DNA of 64,000 nt, taken from contig USPD01000002.1 in assembly GCA_900556585.1 (NCBI GenBank), positions 16,909 through 80,908 on the forward strand, written 5' to 3'. This DNA is from an uncultured Eggerthella sp. (GTDB lineage: Bacteria > Actinomycetota > Coriobacteriia > Coriobacteriales > Eggerthellaceae). The notes under the pieces are model-generated. The model did not search any database and was not told the origin of the DNA. It saw only the letters and a program-made list of their open reading frames with translations. Positions 1 to 10,870 of the stretch are shown here, in pieces. Positions within the stretch are counted from its first letter, which is position 1. Every line of letters starts with the position of its first letter. Made by a program: the position numbers and the translations under genes.

Positions 1-1148
1 CGAATAACATACATTTTTTCATAGCGATATGACACATCCACAATACCAGCATTATAGAGTTCGCTTTCTGGTTCAAGCAGAGAAACTAGTACTGCATATT
101 CGCAATTCTTCTGCCTGCGATCAGCGTCAAGCTTCTTGAAAAAGTCCTCATTCTTATGACGATGAGTTGAATCATCTTGTTCGTTTTTCATTTCGAACAT
201 AATCGAAACAAGTTCATTGCCGTCTTCATCACTCTCGCGGAAAATATAATCGCCCTTTGAGCCAGAAGAGGCATCATTATCCTTCTCAAAATAGGCATTT
301 CGAAAAGCTGTTGCACGTAAACGGTTGAATTCCGTTTCACAATGCTGCTCTAAAGTTTCACCAAGCATCTTGGTTGAAAGGCGCGCTTTCATATCACGAT
401 AACGTTCAATTTCCTGATCTTTATAAGCTATCAGTTCATCTTTTGCGCGCAGTTTATCGTTCATCTGCGTCATAAGTTCATTTTCGCGCTGGGTTTTTTC
501 GGCTTCCTTAAGCGCAACCTGCGCCTTTGCATTTTCACGTTCGTGTTCAACCTGAGCTTTAAGAGCATCGCGCTCACGCTCCAACGCGGTACGCGCCTGA
601 GTTACCGCCAGTTCTTTTTCTGCCGCAAACGTTGTTTTTTGATTGGCTATTTGTTGTTCGAGTTCAGCTATGCGAACCTCTTTTTCTGCAACCGTATTAT
701 TCAACGAAGAAGCAAGTTTTTCTTGAGCCAGAGCTGCACTGTTTTCTTGCTGTTTAAGTTGTGCGGAAAGAGCATCTCGCTCACGTTCAACTTCTGTAAG
801 TGCCGCTTCTCGCTCCTGAACTGCCTTAGCAACTTCATTTTGCGCATACAGTTCTTTTTCACGTGACAAAGCTTCAAGCTGCACCTTTAGTTCAGAAATA
901 GTAGCTTCACGCTGCGCCACTTCCTGCTGCATTGACGCATCTTTTGCCGCCAAACTTTCCTGCAACTTCCCTTGCGCCTGAGATGCAGCTAACGCCAACG
1001 CCTGATCTTTTTCGTTACGCAAAAATTCTTCACGTTGCTGCAGCTCGCGCTGGAATTCACTATCGCGAACCTGTTTGACAATATCCGCAAATCCAGATTC
1101 ATCCACCTGAAAAACCTTGCCACAGTGGGGGCACTTTATTTCATTCAT
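1..1148 (-). CDS. DUF2130 family coiled-coil protein (3' end runs off window)
   Basis: Not in ORF track; read manually from ATG at 1148 after a CAGGAG RBS: MNEIKCPHCGKVFQVDESGFADIVKQVRD..., long coiled coil, then LSTKMLGETLEQHCETEFNRLR and GSKGDYIFRE...IMFEMKNE. Confidence 0.85.
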   Translation of the reverse strand, partial: MNEIKCPHCGKVFQVDESGFADIVKQVRDSEFQRELQQREEFLRNEKDQALALAASQAQGKLQESLAAKDASMQQEVAQREATISELKVQLEALSREKELYAQNEVAKAVQEREAALTEVERERDALSAQLKQQENSAALAQEKLASSLNNTVAEKEVRIAELEQQIANQKTTFAAEKELAVTQARTALERERDALKAQVEHERENAKAQVALKEAEKTQRENELMTQMNDKLRAKDELIAYKDQEIERYRDMKARLSTKMLGETLEQHCETEFNRLRATAFRNAYFEKDNDASSGSKGDYIFRESDEDGNELVSIMFEMKNEQDDSTHRHKNEDFFKKLDADRRQKNCEYAVLVSLLEPESELYNAGIVDVSYRYEKMYVI

Positions 1149-1324
1149 ATACAGCTCCTGAAGTTCTCTTTTGCTTTATTCATCCGTTGAAATTTATGTA
1201 TTTGTTTGCTTTATTTATCCACTTTGCCTTCGCTGTAAATTTCACCGTTATAAGAAGCAATTCAACCAACACCACTTTGTGCTGTTCAATGCTGTCACTA
1301 TATCCCACAATTTCCTTGCAGTTT

Positions 1325-2089
1325 TTAAACAAGCAGCCAGCCGCCTTCTGCATAAATGATCTGACCCGTAAGATAGCTTGATTCTTTGCTCGCCAAAAAC
1401 ATGACACAGTTAGCAATATCATCCTTAGTGCCACGACGCCCAAGCGGAATTTTGTTGCAAAGATCAATTTCCTTTTGAGGATCAGTATATAGATCAGCAT
1501 TCAAATCAGTAGGGATGCTACCAGGACCTACTGCATTGACACGAATACCGTATTCACCCATAGCGCGCGCAAAGGTTTTAGTAAGAGTAACCACGCCAGC
1601 CTTGCTAACGTTATACAGCGCATTGTCAGGAACATACGTTACAGAGCTAACTGAAGCAATGTTTACCACATTGCCAGAAGTTCCTGCTTTTATATGATGC
1701 TTAAAGAACCACTGGCACGCAAAAAAGACCGATTTTAAATTTGCATCTAAAACTTTATCCCACTGAGCTTCAGTGACATCGCAACTATCTTCCTTTGAAT
1801 AGATACCCGCATTGTTAACAAGTACATCAATAGTGCCAAATTTATCTACCACTGCTTGCATAAACGAAGCGATATCTTCTGGTTTTGAAACATCCGCAGA
1901 AAGCGCCAAGATTCTGCTTCTATCATCACCCGCAATTTCTTGCATAAGTTCTTCTTTGCCGGTTTTTGAAATACTGCAAAGTGCCACCTTGGCGCCCGCC
2001 TCATAAAAACGCTCCGCGATGCGACGCCCTATACCTCGAGCCGATCCCGTAACAACAACTACCTTATTAGAAAAGTCGTAGGTAATCAT
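1325..2089 (-). CDS. SDR family NAD(P)-dependent oxidoreductase
   Basis: TGSARGIG, NNAG and YNVSK (YxxxK) motifs; AAAGGAG RBS. Confidence 0.9.
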   Translation of the reverse strand: MITYDFSNKVVVVTGSARGIGRRIAERFYEAGAKVALCSISKTGKEELMQEIAGDDRSRILALSADVSKPEDIASFMQAVVDKFGTIDVLVNNAGIYSKEDSCDVTEAQWDKVLDANLKSVFFACQWFFKHHIKAGTSGNVVNIASVSSVTYVPDNALYNVSKAGVVTLTKTFARAMGEYGIRVNAVGPGSIPTDLNADLYTDPQKEIDLCNKIPLGRRGTKDDIANCVMFLASKESSYLTGQIIYAEGGWLLV

Positions 2090-2512
2090 AATCAGTCTCC
2101 TTTTGCATACATGCAGCTTCTCTTGTTCCCCGGAAAAGGCTGAGGCCTTGCCGCGTTTCCTTACCGTTTAATCATATCAAGTCAAAACTTTGGGCGAGTC
2201 CTATTTCTAGGACAGGTGCTCATTTCCTCAGTCATTACCCGCTTTCGCTTGATTCTACATTCGCTTGTTATATCCACCAGATTCCATTATTTCGAAACGA
2301 TAATCCCCAAAGAACTACCTTCAACAAGAGCATAGTTCACGCTTTACTTGGCACAGGTATAATTTCCTTACCGTTGAAACGCACAACTCTGGGTAAGTAT
2401 GTATTTTCGCTTACAGCTATCCCCCACCCGGCAAAAGCGTGATTCGCGTAAAAGCTACAATACTGCACTGCCTATACCAGCGCAGACCTGACAAGAAAGA
2501 TGGTGACTTTTT

Positions 2513-3271
2513 ATGACCGACACGACCATGCAGCTCGTACTTATTCGCCATGGTGAAAGCGAATGGAACAAGCTGAATCTTTTTACAGGCTGGATGGATG
2601 TTGATCTAACTGACACTGGCCGCAAAGAAGCAGCTGAAGGTGGCCGTGCTCTGGCTGAAGCAGGCTTCGATTTTGATGTTTGCTATACGTCTTACCTTAA
2701 GCGCGCAATTCACACTTTAAATCTTGTATTGCAATCCATGGATCGCGAATGGCTGCCCGTCATTAAAACATGGCGCTTAAATGAACGTCATTATGGCGCA
2801 CTTCAGGGTTTAAATAAGGCCGAAACTGCTGCTAAATATGGCGAAGAGCAAGTAAAAATTTGGCGCCGCAGCTTTGACGTTCGCCCACCAGCACTCGAAG
2901 AAGACGATGAGCGTAATCCCCGCCTTCTTGCTCCTTATCGCGATGCGCCAGTTGATGAAATGCCTCTAGCAGAATGCTTAAAGGACACCATCGCACGTGC
3001 ATGGCCCTACTTCCAAGAAACCATCGAACCTCAGATGCGTGCTGGCAAGCGTGTTTTGATTGTTGCTCATGGTAATTCTTTACGCGCATTGGTAAAGCAG
3101 TTCGACAAGCTTTCCGATGATGAGATTGTTGGCGTCAATATTCCAACTGGCGTACCTCTGGTTTACACCTTTGATCAAGACTTTAATGTTCTTGATAAAC
3201 GCTATGTAGGCGACGAAGCTACTATTGCTGCCAAGATTGATGCTGTAGCAAATCAAGGCAAAGCAAAATAG
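2513..3271 (+). CDS. gpmA: 2,3-bisphosphoglycerate-dependent phosphoglycerate mutase
   Basis: [29 protein letters not shown]. Confidence 0.97.
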   Translation: MTDTTMQLVLIRHGESEWNKLNLFTGWMDVDLTDTGRKEAAEGGRALAEAGFDFDVCYTSYLKRAIHTLNLVLQSMDREWLPVIKTWRLNERHYGALQGLNKAETAAKYGEEQVKIWRRSFDVRPPALEEDDERNPRLLAPYRDAPVDEMPLAECLKDTIARAWPYFQETIEPQMRAGKRVLIVAHGNSLRALVKQFDKLSDDEIVGVNIPTGVPLVYTFDQDFNVLDKRYVGDEATIAAKIDAVANQGKAK

Positions 3272-3299
3272 TCTTTAGAGATCAAACATCATAAAAGCT

Positions 3300-3334
3300 A
3301 AAGCCCTTTTGATTATCTGATCAAAAGGGCTTTT
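3300..3334. terminator. Bidirectional intrinsic terminator between convergent gpmA and MFS gene
   Basis: aaagcccttttgat / atcaaaagggcttt inverted repeat. Confidence 0.8.
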
Positions 3335-3363
3335 CTGTATATACACTTTTCGCTGAATAACAC

Positions 3364-4776
3364 CTATGCCTTCTTGGAATTGCGCTTCATTAAAAGGCAA
3401 ACCACAAGCAAGCACACCATCGCGATTCCAGATATTGCAAGCAAAGCAAAGAATCCTTCTTGCGTGCCAATAATGGTTCCTGCAACTAAATCCTGCGGTA
3501 CTCCTGCCTGTGCAGATCCAACAATAGAAGTAACGATTGCGGTACCCAATGCTCCACCCAACTGTTGCAAAGTATTGAAAGCCGCATTGCCATCCGCCTT
3601 GAGCTCTTCAGGAAGAAAACGCAAACCATTAGTGATTGAATTTGCCATTGAAAACCCTTGTGCAATTGGTATAAGCACATACACTGCAGCAAATACCCAT
3701 ACCGCATTTCCTAGCGCCAAACCCATAAACAACAGTATTGCTACGAACTGACAAATTGCACCAAAGGTCAGAGGGCCGCGAGCGCCAAAAACATCTAATA
3801 TTCTTCCACCTAAGGGTGCCAAAATAGCCCCAATGATACAGCCCGGTAAAAGCAAACATCCTGCAACAAGAGCGCTACTCGAACATACGGTTTGAGCGTA
3901 ATAAGGAATTAAGTAACCCAACCCCAATACAATTGACGAAAGCAAAACAACATATAAAACGCTAAGCGTAAAAGGTACTTTACGAAAGATACTCACACGA
4001 ATAAGAGGGTTATTCGAACGCAACGATGCCACACCGAACAACACCAGTAAAGCAACCCCGCCCAGAAGAAGCAAAAGCACCCGAGCACTAAGCCAACCAG
4101 ATTCCGCAGCAGCATTCGCTCCGAAAACAAGACTAGAAAAACCCGCCGCAATTAACACGAATTGCAAAACACTAAACTTAGCTTTCTGGGTAGCACTTAC
4201 TTGGCGAATAGAAGCAATGCCTGTAAACGCGGATGCAATTAAAAACGGGAGAAGCACCACAAAAATCATGCGCCAGCCCCAGCAGGTAACAATAAGACCG
4301 CCCACAGAAGGACCTACAGCAGGTGCGGTGGCGGTAATTAGAGTCGCAACGCCCATCATGAGACCCATTTTATCGAGCGGAGCTTGCTCGATAACAATGT
4401 TGAACATAAGCGGCAAAGCAACACCTGTACCAACACCCTGAAAAAGACGCCCAATGATAAGGAACGCAAAAGCAGGAGCCAAAGCGCACAGTATGGTACC
4501 TGCAAGAAAGAACGTAATAGCAACGGCAAAGAGGACTTTCATTTTGAAACGCCGCTTTAAATATGACGAAAGAGGCATTATTGCGGTAAGCATCAACAAA
4601 TACCCTGTTGTTACCCATTGCACTGTTGCAGTGTCTACCCCAAACTCAGACATCAATGCAGGAAAAGTAATATTCATTGCCGTTTCAACGACCACGCCCG
4701 AAAACGACATAATGCCACATGCCAACATAGAAGCAATAAAGCGTGTGTCTATGCGGCGTTCTTCATTTGCTAGCAC
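3364..4776 (-). CDS. DHA2 (LmrB/EmrB-like) MFS efflux transporter
   Basis: Highly hydrophobic, ~14 TM; VQWVTTGYLL, GRLFQGVG, APAVGPSVGG; overlaps marR stop. Confidence 0.9.
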   Translation of the reverse strand: MLANEERRIDTRFIASMLACGIMSFSGVVVETAMNITFPALMSEFGVDTATVQWVTTGYLLMLTAIMPLSSYLKRRFKMKVLFAVAITFFLAGTILCALAPAFAFLIIGRLFQGVGTGVALPLMFNIVIEQAPLDKMGLMMGVATLITATAPAVGPSVGGLIVTCWGWRMIFVVLLPFLIASAFTGIASIRQVSATQKAKFSVLQFVLIAAGFSSLVFGANAAAESGWLSARVLLLLLGGVALLVLFGVASLRSNNPLIRVSIFRKVPFTLSVLYVVLLSSIVLGLGYLIPYYAQTVCSSSALVAGCLLLPGCIIGAILAPLGGRILDVFGARGPLTFGAICQFVAILLFMGLALGNAVWVFAAVYVLIPIAQGFSMANSITNGLRFLPEELKADGNAAFNTLQQLGGALGTAIVTSIVGSAQAGVPQDLVAGTIIGTQEGFFALLAISGIAMVCLLVVCLLMKRNSKKA

Positions 4777-5360
4777 ACGGCATCACCAGCTTGATTTGCT
4801 ATTCTTTCAGATTGAGAATTAGTTGTGCTGTTCCCCGCACAAGAATCAGAATCATCCAGACATACATTAGCGTGTATACGGTTAAATACCTGCTGCTTAA
4901 ACAAAGTCATATTATCTTCGTCTGGCTTTGCTTCAGCTAACGCAGCTTCAACTTTATAGATAACTTGAGTGGCGGTTTTTAAATCGAGTTCGGTAATGTC
5001 ATGCAGTTGATTTGCAACCCAAGCGTGATAATCAGTAACAAAAATCTGAACAAGCTTCCTGCCTTGATCAGTAAGTTCAACCAATACGCCACGCCTATCA
5101 ACAGGATCAACTTTTTTAGCCACATAGCCTAGCAACTCCAAATTCACTATTGCCTTGGTGATACTAGGACGGGTTACCTGCATACGAGCGCTGATATCGC
5201 TTACTCGAACACTTTCATGCGTTTGCTGAAGATCTTGCAAAGTATCACAAATTCTTACATCGCGCGGCGTTACCCCATCAGGAAGCGCTGGCATTTGAGC
5301 AATAATTGCCTTCGCGTGATGGCATGCAAGAAGAAATTCATCTACTACTTCGCTATCCAT
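4770..5360 (-). CDS. MarR family transcriptional regulator
   Basis: wHTH VSDISARMQVTRPSITKAIVNLELLGYV and DRRGVLVELT. Confidence 0.88.
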   Translation of the reverse strand: MDSEVVDEFLLACHHAKAIIAQMPALPDGVTPRDVRICDTLQDLQQTHESVRVSDISARMQVTRPSITKAIVNLELLGYVAKKVDPVDRRGVLVELTDQGRKLVQIFVTDYHAWVANQLHDITELDLKTATQVIYKVEAALAEAKPDEDNMTLFKQQVFNRIHANVCLDDSDSCAGNSTTNSQSERIANQAGDAVC

Positions 5361-5563
5361 AATCCCCTTTCTCTTTTAAAATCCACTTCCGTTGCTCACC
5401 CTACTACAGGAAACAAACAAAATAACATACGGTACGTTATTCAAAGCACAATGAAAATACGCATGAATACGTGAAGCATGCAGATGCACCATGCGTTTTA
5501 CATGCATTTTTACGTGACCACTATGCGATATAAGCATTCTTACAGCAGCTCCATGCAGTCAAA

Positions 5564-5609
5564 ATAGTTACTAAAGGTAATTATTATTAGTAACTATAAG
5601 TATTGCAAG
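5564..5609 (-). promoter_or_regulatory. Probable MarR operator overlapping the marR-MFS promoter
   Basis: Perfect 11-bp inverted repeat atagttactaa (5564-5574) / ttagtaactat (5587-5597); minus-strand TTGCAA -35-like hexamer just upstream. Confidence 0.6.
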
Positions 5610-5751
5610 TAAAAACCTGTCTTTTTGCATTAATTGTCAGATTAATTTTTGGTGTAGTTTTTACTTAGATTAATTGCGCGCTGTCTCACCAGAATAACTG
5701 ATGCGGCAGCGCGCTTCTTTATTCGCGTTCTTTATTAAGCGTCCGTACCAT

Positions 5752-7614
5752 TTATTCCGCGAACTGAGAATTATACAACTCAGCATATGCGCCACCACGA
5801 GCAAGCAGCCCCTCATGAGTGCCCTGCTCTACGATATCGCCTTCCTGTAGAACCAAAATCAAATCAGCATTTCTGATAGTCGATAACCTATGAGCAATAA
5901 CAAACGAGGTGCGACCCTTCATAAGGTTATCCATTGCCATTTGAATACGCTCTTCGGTACGCGTGTCTACCGAACTTGTGGCCTCGTCCAAAATGAGCAT
6001 CTTACGATCCGCCAAAATAGCACGCGCTATAGTCAGCAGCTGACGCTGGCCTTGACTGATATTGCTCGCATCTTCATTGATTTCCATATCGTATCCGCCA
6101 GGAAGTGTACGAATAAAGGTATCAGCAAAGGCTGCTTTTGCGGCAGCTTCCACTTCTTCGTCAGTTGCATCCAACCTACCGTAGCGAATATTTTCGCGGA
6201 CAGAACCCTTAAACAACCAGGTATCCTGAAGCACCATTCCAAACAGCGAACGCAAATCATCACGACCAAAATCGCGCACATCGTACCCGCCGATGCGAAT
6301 AGCACCACTATTCACATCGTAGAAGCGCATAAGCAACTTAACCATGGTGGTTTTACCCGCACCCGTAGGACCAACTAATGCAATAGTTTGACCTTCAGAA
6401 ACCTTCGCCGAGAAATCTTTAATAATCGGTGTTTCTGGATCATAGCCAAAATGAACATGATCGAATTCAACATCACAGCTAACATCTTTAGCTGCAACCT
6501 TAGGATGCTCTTCAGATTCTTCTTCGGCATCCAAGAATTCAAATACGCGTTCTGCTGCCGCTGCCATTTGCTGCAGCACATTAGATACCTGCGCAAGCTG
6601 CGTAATAGGCTGAGTGAAATTCTTGACATACTGAATGAATGCCTGAATATCACCAACAGTGATTCGCCCATTAATTGCAAACAAAGCACCCGCAACAGCA
6701 ACCGCGACATAACCTAAGTTACTTACAAAGTTCATAACGGGCATCATCAAGCCAGAAAGGAATTGTGACTTCCAAGCGGATTCATACAGTTCAGCATTAG
6801 TTTTGCGGAACTTTTCTAAAGTTTCTTCTTCCTTTCCGAATGCGCGAACAACCGCCTGGCCAGAAAATGTTTCTTCAACTTGGCCGTTAATAGCGCCTAA
6901 CCTGTTTTGCTGCATACGGAAGTATTTTTGACTGCGACTTACAACCACCTTTACCAATACTGCAGAAACAGGAATGACCAACAACGCAATGAGCGTCATA
7001 AAGATATCCATACTCAGCATCATGACCAAAACACCAATGATGGTTGTAACAGAAGTGATGAGAGTCGTAATGCCTTGATTCAAATTCATACCAAGCGTAT
7101 CAACATCGTTAGTGATGCGAGATAGAATATCGCCCGTGCTGGTACGCTCAAAATATCCCATAGGCAGCACATCCATCTTTTGTGAAATTTTTTGACGCAG
7201 AAGATAGGTGGTGCGCTGCGTGACATGAGTCATCAACCAGCCCTGAACAAATGAACATATTGAAGAAAATGCATAGAGCAATAAGGTAGCAATAAGAATT
7301 ACCCCTACCGCATCAAAATTAATATCACCTGTTCCGGCAATTTTTGCGCTAATGCCTTCAAATAATTCGGTGGTTGCCGTTGAAAGAACTCGTGGACCCA
7401 CAATATTAAAGGCGGTAGAAGCAATTGCAAAAATGAACACAACGCCAATCGCAATCTTGAACTGACCCATAAACTTTAAAAGCTTCTTCATGGAGCCTTT
7501 AAAGTCATTAGCCTTTTCTCCAGGCATCATGCCTAGATGCCCACCCGGGCCATGTCCGTGACGCCTTCCCGTATTTGCACGAGCCTCAATAGGAGATTTG
7601 GTTTCGGCACTCAT
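5752..7614 (-). CDS. Heterodimeric multidrug-type ABC exporter, TMD+NBD subunit
   Basis: GPTGAGKT, ISQGQRQ, LILDEATSS, IAHRLST. Confidence 0.93.
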   Translation of the reverse strand: MSAETKSPIEARANTGRRHGHGPGGHLGMMPGEKANDFKGSMKKLLKFMGQFKIAIGVVFIFAIASTAFNIVGPRVLSTATTELFEGISAKIAGTGDINFDAVGVILIATLLLYAFSSICSFVQGWLMTHVTQRTTYLLRQKISQKMDVLPMGYFERTSTGDILSRITNDVDTLGMNLNQGITTLITSVTTIIGVLVMMLSMDIFMTLIALLVIPVSAVLVKVVVSRSQKYFRMQQNRLGAINGQVEETFSGQAVVRAFGKEEETLEKFRKTNAELYESAWKSQFLSGLMMPVMNFVSNLGYVAVAVAGALFAINGRITVGDIQAFIQYVKNFTQPITQLAQVSNVLQQMAAAAERVFEFLDAEEESEEHPKVAAKDVSCDVEFDHVHFGYDPETPIIKDFSAKVSEGQTIALVGPTGAGKTTMVKLLMRFYDVNSGAIRIGGYDVRDFGRDDLRSLFGMVLQDTWLFKGSVRENIRYGRLDATDEEVEAAAKAAFADTFIRTLPGGYDMEINEDASNISQGQRQLLTIARAILADRKMLILDEATSSVDTRTEERIQMAMDNLMKGRTSFVIAHRLSTIRNADLILVLQEGDIVEQGTHEGLLARGGAYAELYNSQFAE

Positions 7615-9864
7615 TTATGCAACACCTCCTTTCAGTTCTTCTTCCGACAACTGAGATTGAGCAATCTCTCTGTACGTAGAACAACTTTCAAGAAGTTCCT
7701 TATGGGTGCCCCTGCCCACGATTTTTCCGTCTTCTAAAACAAGAATTTGATCTGCATTAAGAACCGTAGCTATGCGCTGCGCCACAACAATAATTGTTTT
7801 GCCAGCAGCATGTTCCGCTAGCGCATGGCGCAGCTTTGCATCCGTAGCGTAATCAAGCGCCGAAAAACTATCGTCAAACAAAAGCACCCGTGCATTACTT
7901 GCCAAAGCGCGAGCGATGGATAAACGCTGGCGCTGTCCGCCAGAAACGTTAGTTCCACCTTGGCTGATTTCTGAAGTAAATCCGTTTTCCTTTGAATCAA
8001 TAAATTCTGTTGCTTGAGCAATGTCAGCAGCCTGCCGCACACGACTAGTATCCATATCCTGGTTAGAGTATGCAATAGTTGATTCAATAGTGCCCGAAAA
8101 GAGAAACGCTTTCTGAGGAACATATCCCAATTCGTGACGTAGTTCGTGCTGATTCATGTTGCGAACATCCACACCGCCAACACGAATGGCACCTTCGCTT
8201 ACATCATAGAAGCGCTCAATCAGCTTCATAATGGTTGATTTACCAGATCCCGTTGAACCAATAATGGCTGTTGTTTTGCCCGGATCCGCAACAAAGCTCA
8301 CATCATGAAGAACAGGATCGCTTCCCTCGCTGTAAGCAAAGGTCACGTCATCGAATTCAACCGGCAAACCCTTCGCTTCAACGTCAAGCAAATTATATTG
8401 AGATTCCTTTGGATCATGAATGCTATTTTCTGTTCCTAAAACCTCATTGACGCGCTGAGCTGCAACATCGGCACGAGGCAGCATGATAGCAATCATGCTT
8501 ATCATTAAAAATGACATTACGATAACCATAGAATAGGTGATAAACGCAATCATGTCGCCTGTTTGGATGACACCAGCATCGATATAGGAACCGCCAACCC
8601 AAACAATCAGAACAGAAACACCATTCATGACAAGCATCATGGTTGGCATCATGAAAGTCATTACCCGGTTTGTGAATAACTGCGTTTTATACAGAGCTGT
8701 ACTTGCCTCATCAAAACGCGCCTCTTCATATTCCTGCCTATCAAAAGCACGAATGACCGACATACCCGTAAGCATTTCGCGCGAAACCAAATTAACGCGG
8801 TCGATAAGCTTTTGCATAATTTTGAATTTAGGAAGAGCAAGCGTCATAAGCAAAGCAATAACAATACCAATAACAACAATTGCCAGCACAATAATCCAGC
8901 TCATGGCAAGATTCGTTTGCGAAACCATAATGATGCCGCCAATGGCAAGAATTGGCGCATACAACACCATGCGCAAAAACATTACCAAGACCATTTGGAT
9001 TTGTTGGATATCATTTGTACCACGCGTAATCAATGATGCAGCAGAAAATGACTGCACTTCAGCATCTGAAAATGAAACAACCTTTTCAAAAAGATGTTCA
9101 CGCAGCGTTCGCGCAATCTTTGCAGCAGTTCGCGATGCCACAAAACCAACCGAAATAGAAGCCGCCATCATCAGAGCAGCAACACCCAGCATTTGAGCGC
9201 CTAACCAGGCAAGATACTGAAGCTGAATAGCATTCAAATCCAAACCAAGTGCTTCGTATTCAGCCTTAACCGCAACAATAGCCTGTTGCTGGATTAGGGA
9301 ATCATCAATATTTCCAAAAGCTGATCGAGCCTGATCAATAAAACTTTGAATTTCAGTTTTGCTTATTGCGCCTGACTCGTAGGCAGCATAGAGCTCTTCC
9401 CAACTAAAGTTGTTTAAGTCAATTGACATAGCGGCAGCAGAATTCCCCGATGACTGACCCGCCAAATCCTGCATATGTACTAACACCAACGGCAAGGCTA
9501 TAACAGAATCCAGCGCATCACGTTGGTCAATACCTTGATCGGTTATTTTGTAGGTGCCAGCTTGGCTGACTTCGGTTCCGTTTTGAGTGTTTCCATTCTC
9601 TTCTCGGTCTGCTTCGCTTTGCGCATAGGAATTACGAATAAGATCTTCATCTGCTTCGCTCGCAAGCATACAGATATAGTTAAACGTATCCGCGCTCATT
9701 TCATCAGGTGAAGCATGTTCTATGCCTCCCTGCTGGATACCTACGTCAACCAAATCCGAGGTGTAACGAGGAAGCGACAGATCAGCAAATGCCTGAACAA
9801 TAAGTAAAAGCGTAATAAGGATTACCGCAACTTTGGAGCTCTTTAAATATTTAATAATTCTCAC
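7615..9864 (-). CDS. Heterodimeric ABC exporter, partner subunit with degenerate site and large extracellular loop
   Basis: GSTGSGKS, VSGGQRQ, degenerate Walker B LLFDDSFS and VAQR switch; start reassigned to GTG 9864 behind GGAGG. Confidence 0.9.
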   Translation of the reverse strand: MRIIKYLKSSKVAVILITLLLIVQAFADLSLPRYTSDLVDVGIQQGGIEHASPDEMSADTFNYICMLASEADEDLIRNSYAQSEADREENGNTQNGTEVSQAGTYKITDQGIDQRDALDSVIALPLVLVHMQDLAGQSSGNSAAAMSIDLNNFSWEELYAAYESGAISKTEIQSFIDQARSAFGNIDDSLIQQQAIVAVKAEYEALGLDLNAIQLQYLAWLGAQMLGVAALMMAASISVGFVASRTAAKIARTLREHLFEKVVSFSDAEVQSFSAASLITRGTNDIQQIQMVLVMFLRMVLYAPILAIGGIIMVSQTNLAMSWIIVLAIVVIGIVIALLMTLALPKFKIMQKLIDRVNLVSREMLTGMSVIRAFDRQEYEEARFDEASTALYKTQLFTNRVMTFMMPTMMLVMNGVSVLIVWVGGSYIDAGVIQTGDMIAFITYSMVIVMSFLMISMIAIMLPRADVAAQRVNEVLGTENSIHDPKESQYNLLDVEAKGLPVEFDDVTFAYSEGSDPVLHDVSFVADPGKTTAIIGSTGSGKSTIMKLIERFYDVSEGAIRVGGVDVRNMNQHELRHELGYVPQKAFLFSGTIESTIAYSNQDMDTSRVRQAADIAQATEFIDSKENGFTSEISQGGTNVSGGQRQRLSIARALASNARVLLFDDSFSALDYATDAKLRHALAEHAAGKTIIVVAQRIATVLNADQILVLEDGKIVGRGTHKELLESCSTYREIAQSQLSEEELKGGVA

Positions 9865-10267
9865 GCGGAAACCTCCTTGGGGACATTGTGTAAGAGGAGC
9901 TTTCCCCAAATAACGTATTGCCGTTTTTAATAATTCAAAAATGTTAAACGGCATGTATTGTAACTAGTTACGCACTTTGTTGAGTAATAAATCGCTAAAT
10001 CCATCAAACTGATACCTTGCCGTTTATTGAACCACGAACCTCCCCTTTAATGATCCCTGTTAAAAAGCCCCAGAAAAATATCCCAGGGCTAATAGTTCGC
10101 AATTGATTCTTAGGTGGTTCAAACTTGAAATTATCTTCTGCTCTAAAACCACATGTCGAAAGTCACATGTCTAATGTTGTATGTCCAATGCTGTATGACT
10201 GAGCTAGTACCTACCCTTATCGAAAGTTGTATGTCTAATACTGCATGCCTAATACTGTATGCGATTT

Positions 10268-10870
10268 TTACAGAATTACCTGTTTGATTGCCCCCATAAG
10301 CTCGTCATACGTTTCAAAAGCAGGAACGTCAGGATTGTCTGCCTTAATAGAATCGGTGCTCTTGAACAAAAATCCTGCCTTACTTGCACGAATCATGCCC
10401 AAATCATTAAAGCTATCTCCAGCAGCAATGGTTTCCAAACCAGCACTTTGAAGTGCACGCACCGTAGTGAGTTTTGACTGCTCACAGCGCATCTTGAAAC
10501 CTGTTACTTCGCCTGATTCGGCAACTTCTAACTCATTGCAGAAAAGCGTTGGCCATCCAAGCTTTTCCATCAAAGGCTTCGCAAACTGAGTAAACGTATC
10601 ACTAATAATAATTACCTGACACATGGCACGAAGTTCATCGAGGAACTCCTTCGCACCTGGCATGGGATCAATAGTCGCAATTACGTCCTGAATTTCTTTC
10701 AACCCCAAACCGTGCTCTTTAAGAACTGCCAAACGGAAATTCATGAGCTTGTCGTAGTCAGGTTCGTCACGCGTTGTACGCTTAAGTTCAGGAATGCCTG
10801 TTGCGTCAGCAAAAGCAATCCAAATTTCAGGAACTAAAACCCCTTCAAGGTCTAAACAAGTTACGTACAT
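10268..10870 (-). CDS. thrH: Phosphoserine phosphatase/homoserine phosphotransferase (HAD family)
   Basis: CLDLEGVLVPEIW, TTRDEPDYD, AAGDSFND; start ATG 10870 behind GAGGAG. Confidence 0.93.
   Translation of the reverse strand: MYVTCLDLEGVLVPEIWIAFADATGIPELKRTTRDEPDYDKLMNFRLAVLKEHGLGLKEIQDVIATIDPMPGAKEFLDELRAMCQVIIISDTFTQFAKPLMEKLGWPTLFCNELEVAESGEVTGFKMRCEQSKLTTVRALQSAGLETIAAGDSFNDLGMIRASKAGFLFKSTDSIKADNPDVPAFETYDELMGAIKQVIL

Noticed and set aside
543..866. 107-aa plus-strand ORF and the other short nested ORFs in the track
   Set aside because: Shadow frames of longer, motif-supported CDSs (here the DUF2130 gene)
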